In this document: positions 34,800 through 36,366 of the stretch, in pieces
Layout of the letters: the number at the start of each line of letters is the position of its first letter
Numbering within the stretch: the stretch's first letter is position 1
Virus record (IMG/VR): IMGVR_UViG_3300037781_000039
Span: 1 to 36,366 of that record
Source: a virus
Lineage: Duplodnaviria > Caudoviricetes
DNA length: 36,366 bases
Strand: one strand, 5' to 3'
Translations under genes and position numbers: made by a program
The notes under the pieces: model-generated
The model's input: the letters and a program-made list of their open reading frames with translations, nothing else
What the model was told of the DNA's origin: nothing
Database searches by the model: none

Positions 34800-34990
34800 C
34801 CCGCCTCTTCCTGCCGGTCCTGCCAGACCGGCTTTCTTTGAGTGTCATTTGTTACGACAGGAATGAACATGACGGAAAAATGGATGAAATGCAAACCAAT
34901 CGTCCAATGTTCAGGTTATGAAGTAGCACATAGGTGGCACAAAATGATTTTTTGTCTATTTTTCAGTCTATTACAAGAAGCGTGAGCTCA
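34800..34990. promoter_or_regulatory. AT-rich immunity region with divergent promoters and candidate operators
   Basis: Related 13-mers GGAAAAATGGATG (34874-34886 +), TGAACATTGGACG (34901-34913 -), TGAAAAATAGACA (34953-34965 -). Confidence 0.55.
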
Positions 34991-35875
34991 ATGCCGAAGC
35001 GGAAACGCCAGTTTACGATTGAAGATGAAGACCGCTTGGAGTTCGCGCTCCGGCTACGCGCTGCGTTGGAACGGTCCGATTTCCGATCAGGAAACGCGCT
35101 AGCGACCGCGCTAGGGGTATCTCAGCAAAGCGTTCATGGTTGGCTAAAGGGCGAAGCTGAACCAGGCCGGGACCGGCTTGTGGGGCTATCCAACATTCTA
35201 GACGTTTCGGTCGACTGGTTAGCTGCTGGCATTTCGGAGAGCGTCGAAGAGCATGAATTGAATCTTCGATGCCAGCGGTTGCAACTCACAGACATGAAAG
35301 CGTCTCTAGAACTCGCCACCGACGACGGCAAAGTCACATTGCTTCGACGGCAAATTTCGAGGCAAGAGGAAGTGATAGACGTACTTGCGGATCTGATACA
35401 ACAAAAGGAACGAATGCTGGAATCCGACAAGAGGCCATCGATTGGCAAGGGGCCAGGGTTCATTGGCATTCCGCGCTACGATGCGGTCCTGGCGGGCGGA
35501 CACGGTGCCTTCAACGAGCGCTCCGAGATCCTCGATCACATCCCTTTCACCGTGGACTTCATCGAGAAGAAGCTGGGCCGCAAGTCCACGGCGGGCCTGG
35601 TCGTGCTGGAGGTACGTGGCGATTCCATGGAGCCGACGATCAGCGACGGGGATCTGGTCATCGTCGATCAAGATCACCGCCGCCTGCGCGATGGCGTCTA
35701 CGCCTTCATCCTCGACGACGCCGCCCATGTGAAGCGCCTGCGCAATCGCTTTGACGGCATTGAGATCATAAGCGACAACGACCGCATCTACTCGCCTTTC
35801 CTACTGGAACAGCAGCGCCTGGGAGAATTGCAGATCATCGGTCGGGTCCGCTGGTGCGGCCACATGTTCGACTGA
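34991..35875 (+). CDS. CI-like repressor (XRE HTH plus S24 peptidase)
   Basis: HTH LATALGVSQQSVHGWLKG; AG autocleavage site in VLAGG; catalytic GDSMEP and VKRL; ATG at 34991 preferred over GTG at 34934. Confidence 0.93.
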   Translation: MPKRKRQFTIEDEDRLEFALRLRAALERSDFRSGNALATALGVSQQSVHGWLKGEAEPGRDRLVGLSNILDVSVDWLAAGISESVEEHELNLRCQRLQLTDMKASLELATDDGKVTLLRRQISRQEEVIDVLADLIQQKERMLESDKRPSIGKGPGFIGIPRYDAVLAGGHGAFNERSEILDHIPFTVDFIEKKLGRKSTAGLVVLEVRGDSMEPTISDGDLVIVDQDHRRLRDGVYAFILDDAAHVKRLRNRFDGIEIISDNDRIYSPFLLEQQRLGELQIIGRVRWCGHMFD

Positions 35876-35971
35876 TCGGAGCCCGCACGGGACGCTGAGA
35901 TTTTTGTCACCTTCGCCCGCAAGGGTTAGGAGGGGAGCGCTGTCCACCCTGTCTCTCTGTTTCATTAAATT

Positions 35972-35984
35972 ATTCAATGAGTTA
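35972..35984 (+). promoter_or_regulatory. Possible IHF site
   Basis: ATTCAATGAGTTA is one mismatch from WATCAANNNNTTR and sits in an AT-rich patch. Confidence 0.35.
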
Positions 35985-36120
35985 TGTTAACTCTTGCGAC
36001 CGAGACAAAGCCTTGCTTGGATTCAAGGGTTTGAACAACGGCATCCATCCCGCCTTTGCCACCCTGTTCTTGCGTCGAAGCTAGGTTTTCTGCGGCTTTG
36101 CGCTGGCTCGGTCACGCCAA

Positions 36121-36318
36121 CGACAGATGATTCTGCCGTCAGATTCAAGTGTCGTCGGATCGTGCGTTTCACGGCAAATCTGTCGTTGGCGTTCAACACG
36201 AACCAGGCGCGAATTTTTTTGAGACCGGGTTCAACGCATTGGTTTCATTGGCCATCCCGGTATGTCCCACTAAATCCCGCCATATCCCGGTTACGTCAAT
36301 ATCAAGTGTCGTCTTACA
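36121..36318 (-). repeat. Terminus at the repressor end (attL-like) with putative transposase-binding sites
   Basis: CGACAGATGATTCTG (36121-36135 +), CGACACTTGAATCTG (36140-36154 -), CGACAGATTTG (36175-36185 -), CGACACTTGATATTG (36297-36311 -), terminal CA at 36317-36318. Confidence 0.8.
36251..36290. repeat. Four degenerate 10-bp tandem repeats with TCCC core (candidate pac signal)
   Basis: gccaTCCCgg tatgTCCCac taaaTCCCgc cataTCCCgg. Confidence 0.6.
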
Positions 36319-36366
36319 CGACGCGCAGATGCGCAAGCCGTTGAGCCACGATGACGTGATGGCCAG

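Larger units (their letters stand above)
131..36318 (-). mobile_element. Complete Mu-like transposable phage/prophage with P2-like contractile tail
   Basis: Imperfect inverted ends TGTAGCGCGACAAATG (from 131) and TGTAAGACGACACTTG (reverse complement, ending 36318); DDE transposase and AAA ATPase; Mu-type gene order repressor/ner-A-B-gam-gemA-mor-lysis-head-tail-methylase. Confidence 0.95.

Noticed and set aside
35994-36344. 116-aa + strand ORF near the repressor end, and the 60-aa ORF at 28-210
   Set aside because: Both cross the phage termini and overlap transposase-binding repeats; no coding features

Overview
The window holds an essentially complete Mu-like transposable phage/prophage of about 36.2 kb, running from TG at 131 to CA at 36318, with 130 bp and 48 bp of non-matching flank. 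It is high-GC and the host is probably an alphaproteobacterium (inference only). Nearly all genes are on the - strand. Reading from the repressor end: S24-type CI repressor (+ strand) divergent from Ner, ParB-like protein, MuA DDE transposase, MuB ATPase, accessory early genes (DnaA domain IV protein, Gam, DUF2786, GemA), Mor/C-type activator, GH108 endolysin and holin, terminase, portal, head morphogenesis protein, a 758-aa protease-scaffold-capsid polyprotein, a P2-like contractile tail, and a Dam-type methyltransferase where Mu has com-mom. The most unusual items are: (1) an apparently split transglutaminase-like cysteine protease (small lipoprotein plus separate catalytic ORF) between the tail fibres and sheath; (2) a run of hairpins upstream of dam with no com gene; (3) repeated hydrophobic-x-E-A motifs suggesting Glu-specific processing of the capsid polyprotein; (4) an in-frame TAA splitting a head-tail gene; (5) a -1 frameshift site in the tail chaperone; (6) readable cis sites, namely MuA end repeats, a 10-bp-phased TCCC array, and two matching late-promoter dyads. 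All family calls are by motif recognition and synteny, not database search.
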